Source: a virus (Duplodnaviria; Heunggongvirae; Uroviricota; Caudoviricetes). Taken from it: 57,488 nucleotides of DNA. A program made the translations under genes and the position numbers. Below are positions 20,227-30,900 of the stretch, piece by piece. Each line of letters opens with the position of its first letter. The stretch's first letter is position 1. Location: IMG/VR virus record IMGVR_UViG_3300044640_001538. One strand, given 5' to 3'. Below the pieces are notes generated by a model. That model worked only from the letters and a program-made list of their open reading frames with translations. It was not told where the DNA came from and did no database searches.

Positions 20227-21696
20227 ATGGCAACATTAAAAGATAAACAAAAATACATAGACAAAGCAAGAGCAACGGAGGATAAATATAATATTCCTCC
20301 TTACACTCTTGTAGGTTTATTAGAAACAGAAAGTAATTTCGACCCAAATGTTATTTCGGGTAAAAAGAAAAGTAGCGCAGGTGATGAAGGGATAGCCCAG
20401 TTTATGCCATTGACATCGAAAGCTTTTAAAATAGACCCTTACAACACAGACCAAGCTATTGATGCGGCGGGAAAATATTTAAGTCAAAGTTACAAATCTT
20501 TAGGTAACTGGAATGACAGTATCTTATCCTATAATATGGGAGTACAAGGCGTAAAAAACTACAAAGGCGGCAAAAAGAAATTAGTAAAAGAACAGAGAGA
20601 ATACGTAGGTAAAGTATTAAACAACCAAGCCAAATACGTAAAAACAAAACAGCAACCCTCAATAGAATCTTACAAACAAGAGAATAAAGTAAGAGAAGCT
20701 GTAAAAGATAATATACCTACAAACAATGTAAAATATTTGGATATTCCAAAAAATAATGTTACCTTTGCATCTGTTCCTGAAATGGCGCAAAAACAAGAAC
20801 AAGAAGTTGTAGACCAAGACATTGCACAAGTAGAACAACAAACTAATGAAAGCTTATTTTTAGACCAAGTTGCAGCAATGCAATATGAGCCGCAAGAAGA
20901 AGAACAGCCTAATTTAATGACTACAGATGTTACAGGAATGTATAACTATGCTAGTAATTTTGTAGAAAGTCCTTTAGTGGCGCAACAAGGAGAAGAAATA
21001 CAATCGTCAGATTTACCAGACCCAATAAACGGAGTAATTTACGACCCAAATGGAGAAAGAACTTATTATGATGATAGATTAGACAGAATTGTTTTAACAC
21101 CTAGTTCAAACTTTGCACCAAGACAATCTGTAATAAACCATGAAAAATTTCACAAATATCAGTTTGATAATTTAGGTAGTAATTATGAAATCGTAAATGA
21201 AGGGGCTGTACCATTATTTAAAAAACCTTCAATGGTAAGTACAGATGAAGAGTATTACAAATTCCACAACAGAAAAGGTAGAGAAATAGAAGAAGATATA
21301 AAGGATGTAAAATCAAACTATCCACAATTTAAATTCGTACCAAATGAAATAATGTATAATAGATTAATAGACAGAGAGCAATACTCTAATCCTTATACAT
21401 TTGAAGGTGAAGCACAAGAATATGAAAACTCTTTAAGAAAACAACAAGGCGGCGAAGAAATAATAGACGACAACAGAGGTCAATACAACCACCCAGGAAA
21501 AGTAACAAGAATAAAAAGTCCTTTCATAACAATGAAAGATGTCCCTTACGATATTTTAGCAGTTGCAAATAACGGCGAAAAAAGAATGATGAAAACGGGC
21601 GAGGAGCATTACTTTGAAGGAGCAACAGAAGTTGTGGAGTACCCCCAATTAACAGAAGCAGAAAAACAATTTTTAAAAGAAATAAACAAAATATAA
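20227..21696 (+). CDS. Virion lytic transglycosylase (SLT) fused to an HExxH zincin-like domain; putative ejection protein
   Basis: SLT motifs ETESNFDP, GIAQFMP and SYNMG; central VINHEKFHKYQ...FEGEA; conserved C-terminal GQYNHPGKVTRI..ITMKDV domain. Confidence 0.8.
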   Translation: MATLKDKQKYIDKARATEDKYNIPPYTLVGLLETESNFDPNVISGKKKSSAGDEGIAQFMPLTSKAFKIDPYNTDQAIDAAGKYLSQSYKSLGNWNDSILSYNMGVQGVKNYKGGKKKLVKEQREYVGKVLNNQAKYVKTKQQPSIESYKQENKVREAVKDNIPTNNVKYLDIPKNNVTFASVPEMAQKQEQEVVDQDIAQVEQQTNESLFLDQVAAMQYEPQEEEQPNLMTTDVTGMYNYASNFVESPLVAQQGEEIQSSDLPDPINGVIYDPNGERTYYDDRLDRIVLTPSSNFAPRQSVINHEKFHKYQFDNLGSNYEIVNEGAVPLFKKPSMVSTDEEYYKFHNRKGREIEEDIKDVKSNYPQFKFVPNEIMYNRLIDREQYSNPYTFEGEAQEYENSLRKQQGGEEIIDDNRGQYNHPGKVTRIKSPFITMKDVPYDILAVANNGEKRMMKTGEEHYFEGATEVVEYPQLTEAEKQFLKEINKI

Positions 21697-21698
21697 AG

Positions 21699-24600
21699 AT
21701 GACTAAAGAAGAATTTATCTCACAAAAAATACCAGTCTTAATAAAAGAAGGTTATGGTTCGGCACAAGCAGCTGCGATAGCTTACAGCCTATATAACAAA
21801 CAATATGGGCAACAGGGATATGTACAACCAAAACCTGCACAACCTATAATATGGGGAAAAGAGCTAATGCTGCCTATTGTTAAAATAGAAAAAGTAACTC
21901 AAGACGGGCAAGAAGGATACAGACAATATTACTCTGACCCAGTAGGAGGTACAGAAGATTATTCTTTTTTAGGGAAAGAAGATTTTGAAAGAAAAATGAA
22001 AGCTTTAAGAGGTACTAATCAATCTAGCCCAGATTATGAACCTTACCTTAATAAGTATTTAAAAGAAACAAACGGTAGAATAGGAGAAACTGTAAAATAT
22101 AACCAACAAGGCAGTATGTTTCAATTACCTTTTTCTACGCAGTATGATGACCCAGGTTATAATCCATACGGCAATAATATGGAAATGAATCAAACTTCTG
22201 ATATGTATGCGGCTGACGATTTAGTAAATAAATATCCTAATTACAGAGGTGCGTCAAATATAAACTACAACCCTTCAATACAAGCACCACCAATGCCAGC
22301 TATAAGACAACAAAGTGTTGAAGATATCAATGCAATGTTTCCAAATTCGCAAGAAGTACCACCAGAATACACTTTGGGTGATGTTAAAAACATGGAAAGA
22401 ATGTATGATAAAAAACCTTACCAATTTACAGTGAGTGGAATGGATACAGCTAGTAATAATATAGATATATCAAAACAATCTGCTATTAACACAGAAAACG
22501 TAACTCAAGATATAAACAGAGTAAACTTGATTAATCCTTTTGCTGGGGTTAGTATGGAGAATGCTTTAAGTTATGCTGGTAGAGGATTTGGAGAAAAAGA
22601 CCCTTTTAAAATCGGTGTAGGTACGGGGCTTTCTCTACTTAAAGGCGCTAGAACATTCTTGTCTGGATATGGAACAGGGAAAGAAGACAGAAGAGTACAA
22701 GATGAATACTACAGAAAATTGTACGAAAACAATCCAAACTACGTTTACGCACAACAAGGTAAAGAAATCACTAACGCAGAAGCTTTAACAGGTCAATATC
22801 TAACTGATGAAGGACAAGGAAATATTAACGTAGAAGGAAACGAGTTTATAAAAAGATTTAACTCTGGAGAAGTGCAAAAAGTAATAGGAGAACCACACTT
22901 AAAAAACGGAAAAATTGCAGAAGGAGTAAACGTTAATTTAGATGAAGGAGATAAAATCTTATCTGATTATACAAAAATTCCCGCAAAAGATATAAAAGAA
23001 TTAAAAAACAGATATAAAATATCATTAAAAAAAGGAGCAACATTTGCAGATGCACAAAAAGCTTTTGAAAGAACAATTAAAAAAACAACAGAAACAAAAG
23101 AACTAGCTAAACTTTTAGAAAAAGTAGAAAATCAAACTAAAAATACAAAAGACGAAACTACTAAAGGATTAAACATAGAGGCTTTACAAGCAGATATACA
23201 AAAGTCAAAAAATAAATTGGCTATGCTTAACGAAATTAGTGGAGAAGTTTTTGAAGATTTATTTGAGCGCCAAGAAAAAATTCAGAAAAAAGGTGGTCCT
23301 GGAGAGTTGTTCGATAAAAACGGCAAGAAAGTAACTGAATATGCAGATGGTACAAAAGTAGCACAGCAAGGTGGTTATATGGAAATTGCTAAAAAATATG
23401 GAATTTCTCCCGAAAGAGCCCAAGAATTAATTGCTATGCAACAAGGTGGTGTACAAAGCGGTCAAGAAGAACAAATGGAAGGCGCTCAATCTAATCCACA
23501 AGAAGAACAAGGAGAAGTTTCGCCAGAACAAATCGTGCAAACCTACGCGCAAGCTACACAACAAGACCCTCAAGAAATAGTTGCACAATTACAACAAATG
23601 CAACCAGAGGAACAGCAACAAGCTTTAATGCAAATGGCAGAGCAATTACAAGGTGGAGGACAAGAACAAGGTGGTGATATTATGCAAATGATTGCAGGAG
23701 CTTTACAACAAGGTGCTTCACCAGAAGAAGTAATGCAAGGTTTGGTTTCACAGGGAATGCCAGAACAAGAAGCTGCACAAGCTATAGAGGCTGTTATGGG
23801 ACAAAATCAAGAACAAGAAATGGCTCAACAAGGTGGTTATAAAGTTAGTCAAGGTAAAAATAAATACAAGACAGCCACAAGAGAAAAACAATCTACAGTT
23901 GAAGGAAAAGCATACGGCGCAGTTGAGCCACAAGAGGCTTTACAAAACCTTTATAACAACTTCCCAGATTTAGTAGAAACTGAATTGAAAGACTATGTAA
24001 CAGTAGATAAAAAAGGAAATGTAACTTTTAACAATAAACTTTCTTTTACTCAACAACAAAAACAGATTGGTAATTTACAAGGGAAAATGAATACTAGAAT
24101 GAATGCGTCTGCGGATGTAATTCTAAACAACCCAGAGTTATTCCCAAGCGATGTTGTAACAGAAGCTAAAAGGTATAAAGGAGAAGAAACATTTTTAGAT
24201 AAAACTCCAGGAGCTGAAGACCCAGCAAACTCTGTTAGAGGTTTTGACGAAAAATTAGGAAACTTTACATCTGGAAGATATATTATGGGAGTTAATTTAC
24301 TAACACCAGAAGATTTAAAGAAAGCATCTGAAAAAGGTATTAAGACATATAAACAGTTAAAAAGTTCTGACTTTTATGGTAGTTTATCGCCCGAAAGTAA
24401 AAAAAGAATAGATAATATGTCAAGCATTGTTAAAGATTCTGATGCAGATTTCTTAATAAGTGAATTTCAACCAGAAGCCGCAAAAAAACAATACGATTTT
24501 AAAGATAAAAATGTAGAAGTAAGAAACAACGTTAGAAATATGTTTCCTATGCTACCAACAGATTTAAAATTAGCTCCAAGTGCTTTAACACCTTTAGCAA

Positions 24601-25202
24601 AAGAACAGATTAATTTTTTAAGAAAAGAAGCTACAAAAGTAACACCTGAAAATATGTTAGCTAATCAAGAAATGATGCGCCAAACAGACGCAAGTAGATT
24701 ACAACAAACAGGAATGTCACCACAACAACAAGAGGCTTTAATGGCATCTGGTGCAGCTTCTAATGCTTTAGCGGCAAACGATGCAATATCAAGAGTAGAA
24801 GGATTTAATGCACAAAGTCAATATGCAGCAGATAATTATAACTTACAAGCGGCGGCAAAAGAAGATATAACAAATGCTCAATTCAACCAAGACTATCAAA
24901 ACAAAATGCTAGGTAGTATGGCAGCAACAGAAAGAGACTGGAGAAGATTCTATACAGAAGGTAACTTACAAAACAGACAAGACTTCAAAGATATTGAAAA
25001 TGTAAATTACTTAAATGCTAAAAACGAACAATATGCTGCTGTACCTGGATACGGAATTCAATTCTTAAACAACCAAGCGGTAGACATTGGAGCAAAAGGC
25101 ATGACAACAGAAGAGTATGACCAAGCAACGCAACAAGAAATTGAAGACTACAAACGTTTTGCAAAAATGAAAAATAGAAATTCTTCTGTTTCTTTTAGTT
25201 AA
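21699..25202 (+). CDS. Cargo/ejection protein 1-like (1167 aa), Gln-rich
   Basis: NVEGNE...GEPH...KILSD block typical of crAss-like cargo proteins; Gly-rich hydrophobic segment; QQG(G) repeats; no Cys. Confidence 0.6.
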   Translation: MTKEEFISQKIPVLIKEGYGSAQAAAIAYSLYNKQYGQQGYVQPKPAQPIIWGKELMLPIVKIEKVTQDGQEGYRQYYSDPVGGTEDYSFLGKEDFERKMKALRGTNQSSPDYEPYLNKYLKETNGRIGETVKYNQQGSMFQLPFSTQYDDPGYNPYGNNMEMNQTSDMYAADDLVNKYPNYRGASNINYNPSIQAPPMPAIRQQSVEDINAMFPNSQEVPPEYTLGDVKNMERMYDKKPYQFTVSGMDTASNNIDISKQSAINTENVTQDINRVNLINPFAGVSMENALSYAGRGFGEKDPFKIGVGTGLSLLKGARTFLSGYGTGKEDRRVQDEYYRKLYENNPNYVYAQQGKEITNAEALTGQYLTDEGQGNINVEGNEFIKRFNSGEVQKVIGEPHLKNGKIAEGVNVNLDEGDKILSDYTKIPAKDIKELKNRYKISLKKGATFADAQKAFERTIKKTTETKELAKLLEKVENQTKNTKDETTKGLNIEALQADIQKSKNKLAMLNEISGEVFEDLFERQEKIQKKGGPGELFDKNGKKVTEYADGTKVAQQGGYMEIAKKYGISPERAQELIAMQQGGVQSGQEEQMEGAQSNPQEEQGEVSPEQIVQTYAQATQQDPQEIVAQLQQMQPEEQQQALMQMAEQLQGGGQEQGGDIMQMIAGALQQGASPEEVMQGLVSQGMPEQEAAQAIEAVMGQNQEQEMAQQGGYKVSQGKNKYKTATREKQSTVEGKAYGAVEPQEALQNLYNNFPDLVETELKDYVTVDKKGNVTFNNKLSFTQQQKQIGNLQGKMNTRMNASADVILNNPELFPSDVVTEAKRYKGEETFLDKTPGAEDPANSVRGFDEKLGNFTSGRYIMGVNLLTPEDLKKASEKGIKTYKQLKSSDFYGSLSPESKKRIDNMSSIVKDSDADFLISEFQPEAAKKQYDFKDKNVEVRNNVRNMFPMLPTDLKLAPSALTPLAKEQINFLRKEATKVTPENMLANQEMMRQTDASRLQQTGMSPQQQEALMASGAASNALAANDAISRVEGFNAQSQYAADNYNLQAAAKEDITNAQFNQDYQNKMLGSMAATERDWRRFYTEGNLQNRQDFKDIENVNYLNAKNEQYAAVPGYGIQFLNNQAVDIGAKGMTTEEYDQATQQEIEDYKRFAKMKNRNSSVSFS

Positions 25203-25224
25203 AACTAACATAGACTTTAAAAAA

Positions 25225-25256
25225 TTTGTTTAATTCAAAATAATTCACTATATTTG
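25225..25256 (+). promoter_or_regulatory. Bacteroidota sigma70 promoter
   Basis: TTTG-N20-TATATTTG. Confidence 0.9.
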
Positions 25257-25257
25257 C

Positions 25258-25290
25258 AACCTGATTACTTAATATTTGTAGTCAGGTTTT
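25258..25290 (+). terminator. Hairpin with U-tail immediately after the promoter (terminator/attenuator)
   Basis: AACCTGATTAC-N9-GTAGTCAGGTT-TT, 11-bp stem with one G-U pair. Confidence 0.55.
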
Positions 25291-25312
25291 AAATTTTAAA
25301 AAATATACAAAA

Positions 25313-27952
25313 ATGAGTTCATATTTGTCACAGCCATACGAAATACAACAACCGCAATCTAGTATTGATGTTGCTGTAATAGATAATGTTTTAACAACAT
25401 TAACAGGACGATACGACGCAAATAAAGCAAAAATTGACCAAACCATGGCGGCTTTTAATAACAGCTTAAAAGGGTTAAGAGATTCTGACAACGAATATAT
25501 AGTAAACAGAATAAAAGAGGCGGATTCAATAATGACCGCATACAAAAAGAAAAACGGCAATTTAGCATATAATTCAACAACAGATACAATTTTATCTGCC
25601 TTAAAAGCAGTGACAGAAGACCCTATTGTACAAGCGGCTGTAACTAACAGAGCAAAGTACGACCAATTCAACGCAACAGTTGCCGAGAAAAAGAAAAAAG
25701 GAGATGGAAGTTACGCTGATGTAAACTATCAAGATGCTTTAGATTTAGGTGGGTTCTCTGCTTATATGAAAGGAGAAACTAAAGATTTAGGTAATTTGAA
25801 TTATAAAGATTATGTAGATGTAAACGGAAAGTTAAATAAATTAGCTAAAGAATACGCAGAATTTTCTGGAAAAGAGCAACTATTAGATACGACTACTGGG
25901 CAATACTATATACAAGATACTTATGGTAAAAAAGTGTATATGTCTGATATTTATAATAACTTAGAAAGCACTTTAGACGAAAAAGACAGAGAACAGTTAA
26001 GAATAAACGCAAGACAAAGTATTGGTAAATTACCAGAAGATAAAAAAATAAGTTTTTTAACAGATGCTACAAATTTAGAAGTAAATCAATTAAAAACAGA
26101 AAAGGCGGCATTAGAGGCAGAGATGTCAAATGCAACAAATAAAACACCGTATAAATCTAGAATAGCAGATTTAACTAAACAAATAACAGACAAACAAACT
26201 TCTATAGAAAACGGAGATTTTGACATATACTCTATATATAATAAAAGCTTGTTAACTAAAGTCGCAGACAGTTATGATATGAACATTATAACTAAAATAG
26301 ACAGAGATGACATGCCTTTAAAAATATTAAAGTTTGAGAAGGATGAAGAGCACAGAGCTAAGGAGTTAAAATTAAAACAAAGGGAGTTAGACTTAAAAGC
26401 TTTGGAGATAAAAACAATTGCTGATGCTGCTAATCCTTCTATAATAGATAAACCTCAAACAAAAGAGGACGCACCCTCTGACGATAAACAAATAACGGAT
26501 AACTTCTCTAACTCAAGAAACAGTTTAGATGCATTTCTAAAAGCTACAAATGAAAACGGTTATAACGATAAGTCTCCGCAAGAAAAAGCTGTTTATATGA
26601 ATAGCCTTGCATCTTCAAACCCAACGGCAGAAGGTAATACTGTAGAAAGACAAAACGCTATTAAATCTTTTATGACAGCTAAAAAATCATATATGGATTA
26701 TAATGCTAAAAACGTAGCTACGTTCCAAGATTCAGCAAGAGAAGCATTTGACGCTTTAAAAACAACAGCTAATCTAAATAATTTATCAAAAGCGTTACCA
26801 TTAACAGCATATTTAAAAAGAACAGGCAAGTCTTTTTCTGAACTTTCTGATGCTCAAAAAAGAGGAGTTACTTTAGAAATGGGAAGAGATTGGTTACTAG
26901 AAGCAAACTCTTCACAATTAGATAATGTTTCAAGAAACGCACTTAAAAAAGTAGTATTTTTATTAGATGAAGGTTTTAAATCAAGTAAAGACCCAAATGT
27001 AAAAAAAGTGTACTCTGTCACACAAAAAAGGGTAATAAGTTATAAGCCTACTTTTGCACCAAAAGATACAGACTTACAAAGTATGTCATCATCTCAGTTA
27101 GAAACAAGACCTACTTGGGTAGAAGATTCTGATGTAACAGAAATAGACACATCAGAGGATACTTCAAAAAGCTGGAGCACCATATTTTCAGCAGCAAATA
27201 CAGGTTTTAAAAATAACGCAAAAGGCTATAAAGAAACCCTTATGTCAAACAAAGCATTTAACTTTTCAACAGAAGTTAAAGCACAAGCTGGAGATGCTCA
27301 AGAATTAAGAACTTCAATATTAGATGTAGAAGGAGCAGCAATGCCGTCAGATAAAAATGATTATACATTATACAAAGAAGGTAGTGTATACAAAGTTAAT
27401 TATACAGATAAAGATGGAGTAAGGCAAAACGTAGCTTTAAATAATTTAAGTTATGCTTTAAGAGATAAAATGGCACAAACAGAGGATAAATTCCACAGCA
27501 GCTTCAAAAATCCAAGTATAGTATTACCTAAATACGAGTTTAAAACTAATGATTTTGGTACAAACTTTGATAAGATGAGTGCCTTTACAAAAAATAGACC
27601 AGATTTATTACCAAGAGAAACTTATATGAATGCGGTTAATTCAAATACTCTAATTGGGACACCTTTTGTATCAAAAGAAGAATTAGCTGAAGGAGTAAGT
27701 AAACATCCAAATTATTCAAAAAGAAAAAGCTATGTAGATAATGAATTAAACGCAGTATATAAGCCAAATTTTGAAGTTTTAGATGGAGACGTATTAGTTG
27801 CTAGTGTAGATGTAAGATACCCAGATAATTCTGCAAGAAGAATGACATTTAAATCAGATTTAAAAAATCTTGATGAATCGGCACTGTATTTAGAGTTTTT
27901 AACTTGGAGTACAAATCAAAGATTAACAAACATAGAAAAAATATTACAGTAG
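25313..27952 (+). CDS. Cargo/ejection protein 2-like (879 aa), helical
   Basis: ORF track; position in cargo block; ..LTGRYDANKAKI N-terminus resembles crAss-like second cargo proteins; no Cys. Confidence 0.5.
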   Translation: MSSYLSQPYEIQQPQSSIDVAVIDNVLTTLTGRYDANKAKIDQTMAAFNNSLKGLRDSDNEYIVNRIKEADSIMTAYKKKNGNLAYNSTTDTILSALKAVTEDPIVQAAVTNRAKYDQFNATVAEKKKKGDGSYADVNYQDALDLGGFSAYMKGETKDLGNLNYKDYVDVNGKLNKLAKEYAEFSGKEQLLDTTTGQYYIQDTYGKKVYMSDIYNNLESTLDEKDREQLRINARQSIGKLPEDKKISFLTDATNLEVNQLKTEKAALEAEMSNATNKTPYKSRIADLTKQITDKQTSIENGDFDIYSIYNKSLLTKVADSYDMNIITKIDRDDMPLKILKFEKDEEHRAKELKLKQRELDLKALEIKTIADAANPSIIDKPQTKEDAPSDDKQITDNFSNSRNSLDAFLKATNENGYNDKSPQEKAVYMNSLASSNPTAEGNTVERQNAIKSFMTAKKSYMDYNAKNVATFQDSAREAFDALKTTANLNNLSKALPLTAYLKRTGKSFSELSDAQKRGVTLEMGRDWLLEANSSQLDNVSRNALKKVVFLLDEGFKSSKDPNVKKVYSVTQKRVISYKPTFAPKDTDLQSMSSSQLETRPTWVEDSDVTEIDTSEDTSKSWSTIFSAANTGFKNNAKGYKETLMSNKAFNFSTEVKAQAGDAQELRTSILDVEGAAMPSDKNDYTLYKEGSVYKVNYTDKDGVRQNVALNNLSYALRDKMAQTEDKFHSSFKNPSIVLPKYEFKTNDFGTNFDKMSAFTKNRPDLLPRETYMNAVNSNTLIGTPFVSKEELAEGVSKHPNYSKRKSYVDNELNAVYKPNFEVLDGDVLVASVDVRYPDNSARRMTFKSDLKNLDESALYLEFLTWSTNQRLTNIEKILQ

Positions 27953-30900
27953 ATGGATAATAACGCAGATAACCTTTTAGGCAAAATAAGAACACAAGCT
28001 CAAAGTTTCAATGTTCCGTCATCTCCATATAATGCCCCATCCCTTGATTATTTAAGACCAGCCCCTATAAATGTAAACAAAGATGCTGGAAAATTAAAAT
28101 TTAACGAATTTACAAACATATCTCAAGATACAGTATTTAAAGAGTTAAGTGATGGTTCAAAAGTTTCAATGTATAAAAATTTTATACCAGGAACAGATAA
28201 CAACGAAAGACTTGCTCAACAACAAACAGGTTGGGAACAAGTTAAAAACGGCTTAATAAAAGCAAAACTAAATATGGACTCTGTTATTTTAGGTAACACT
28301 GTAGGTTTTGTTTACGGATTAGCTGATTGGGCAAGAACAGGTAATTTTAATTCTGTTTATGACAACTCTTTTTCAAATACTTTAGCGGACTGGAATACTA
28401 CATTAAACTACCAATTACCAAATTATGTTTCTCAACAAGAGAAAGATTTAAGTATAGTTGGTAAAATGGGTACAGCTAACTTTTGGGCAAATGATATAGC
28501 AAACGGACTTTCTTTTACTATGGGTACGATTGTTTCAGAGGCTATTTGGGCTTCAGCTACTGGAGGAGCATCTTTAGCCGTCAGACTTGGTAGATTAGGC
28601 GCTGGAGTAGGAAGAGCTGGTAGATGGAGTAAGGTAGCACTAGGTTTAGAAAAAACAGCAGAAGGTGTAAGAGGTTATAAAGCATTACTAAACACAGCTT
28701 TAGATAATGCTGTAGTGGCAGGTAAACTATCAACAAAAACAGCAACAACTTTAGCAAAAACTGGAGAGGTATTAAACACAGCAAGGTTTATTGCAACATC
28801 ATCTGGTAACGAAGCAGGTATTGAAGCATTACATTATAAAAGAGAACAAAGAGAAAACTATTTAGATAATTTTGAAAAATTAAATGGTAGAGCACCAAGT
28901 CAAGAAGAAATATCAGATTTTGAAGAAAAATTAAATGATTCTGCAAATGGTGTCTTTGGAGCAAATATGGCTATACTTTCTGTAAGTAACTTAGCTACAT
29001 TTGGAAAAATGTTTAATATCAAAACTCCCCTAAAATCTATTTCAACTCAAGCAAATAAGAGTCTGTTCGGTGTCGGCGTAGAAAAAACAGCAGAAGGAGT
29101 TTATAAAGGATTACAAGCAACTAAATTTCAAAAAGGATTAGGTCTTGCATATACTTTAACTAAACCATTTGCAACAGAAGGTTTATTTGAAGAAGGTTTA
29201 CAAGGAGCCACAACAAAAACAGCAAATAACTGGATTGAAAGTTCTTACGACCCAAAATACATGGGTAAAACAATGTCTTTAGGGGTAGCATCTTCAAAAG
29301 CTTTATCAGAACAATATGGTTCTAAAGAAGGTTGGGAAGAAGTTGTTATTGGAGGTATTGTAGGATTAATTGGTGGCGGACCAACAGGACAATTCACAGA
29401 GTTAAAAAGAGCAAGAAAAGAACAAGAAGATTTTGTAGCAAAAGGTTTAAACACATTTAATTCTGTATTTGCACAAGATGTTTTAGCAGAAAGATTTGTT
29501 TTAAATTCAAGATTAATGTCCGCAATGGACAGAGAAACAGATGCCTTAAAGAAAAGAGATGCTGTTTCGGCACACTTTGCAAACAACGATGCTATTATAG
29601 CAAACATGCAGTTTGAAGAAAGTGATATTATTGGCGGAAGTGCAGACGATGTATATAGAAAGTTTGAAACAGCTTTAAATGCAATGTCTAAAGAAGAGTT
29701 TAAACAAGCGGGCGTAGAAAATATAGAAGAACATAAAGAAAACGTATTATCTGGTTTAAAGCAAGTAGTAACAGACTTTAAAAAAGCTTCTAACTATGCA
29801 AACGCTGTTTTAGGTAGCGATAAAATTGCAGGTAATACAGACTACAATATTAAAGTTGTAAAAGACGCTTTAGTACATTCTTGGGTTCAAGGGCAAAATG
29901 CTAGTAGAGTAATGTCTGACGAATTAGGAGAAATTGGAGATATTGTAGGAACAGAAAATTCAAAAGTTTTAAATACTATTCAAACTTTAGAGGCTTTAGG
30001 GAAAGATAAAACTAGAGAAGTTTCTAAATTAGGAAGACAATACAAAGATTTAGATAAAAAATCACAGGCTTTACAAGTAGAGATTGCAAAAGTACAAGCG
30101 GCGCCAAAAGAAACTCAAGGAGACAGAGTAAAAGGAAATTTAGCACAGCAACTACAAGCAAGATTAGTTGATATTGAAGCTAGAAAAGCAAGTATAAAAA
30201 CAGAATTAGAAGGTATTGCAAAAGAGTTAGAATCTAATAATAATCAAAAACAAGTTTATGCTGAACAAGCAGATATAAATACTCAAACAAGTTTATTAGG
30301 AGAGTTTGTTTCTGTTGACGATTTACTAAAAGTAGATGATAATTTATCTAAATTAAATAGTATCGCCGAGTCTGTAAAAAACAACAATAAAGTTTTATAT
30401 AACGACTTAACAGAATCTATTGAGAGATATCAAAACGCAAAACAAAAATTATATGCTTATAACGCATCTGTAAGTGCAATAGTTAGTGGTGAGTTTAAAT
30501 TAAAAACTACTAATAATTTCATAACAAGTATGTTAAATAAAAACAAAACTGTTGATGAAAGAACTGGTGAAATTTTAAATTATGCTTTAGAAAACTATTC
30601 TAAAATAAATGTAACAGAGCAAGCAAGAGTTAATAATGATGAACTTTTAAATCAAGCTATCGAAAGCATTAAAAAAGGCGAAGAAGTAGAGACAAGTATA
30701 ATTGCAGAAATTGCAACAAAAATTGATAAAGGTTTAAAATTAAGTGCAAAAGAAAACACTATTTACAACGCAAAACAAGAAGAAGTAGATGCGGCGGTAA
30801 AAAGAATTAACGACACACCAGTTGCAAAAACTGAACAAGAATTAAAAATTGAAGAATTAGAAAAAAGAAAAGCCGAATTAGAATCACAGAAACAAAACGT

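Noticed and set aside
26213-26230. GDFDIY in the 879-aa protein (and DFDIDY at 46289-46306) as an RNAP catalytic loop
   Set aside because: The first lacks the third Asp; the second lies at the end of a small non-cargo protein. Neither has RNAP context.
28303-28314. 12-nt match (AGGTTTTGTTTA) to the TnpB guide locus
   Set aside because: AT-rich, mismatched at the TAM-proximal first guide base, and not extendable; plausibly chance.
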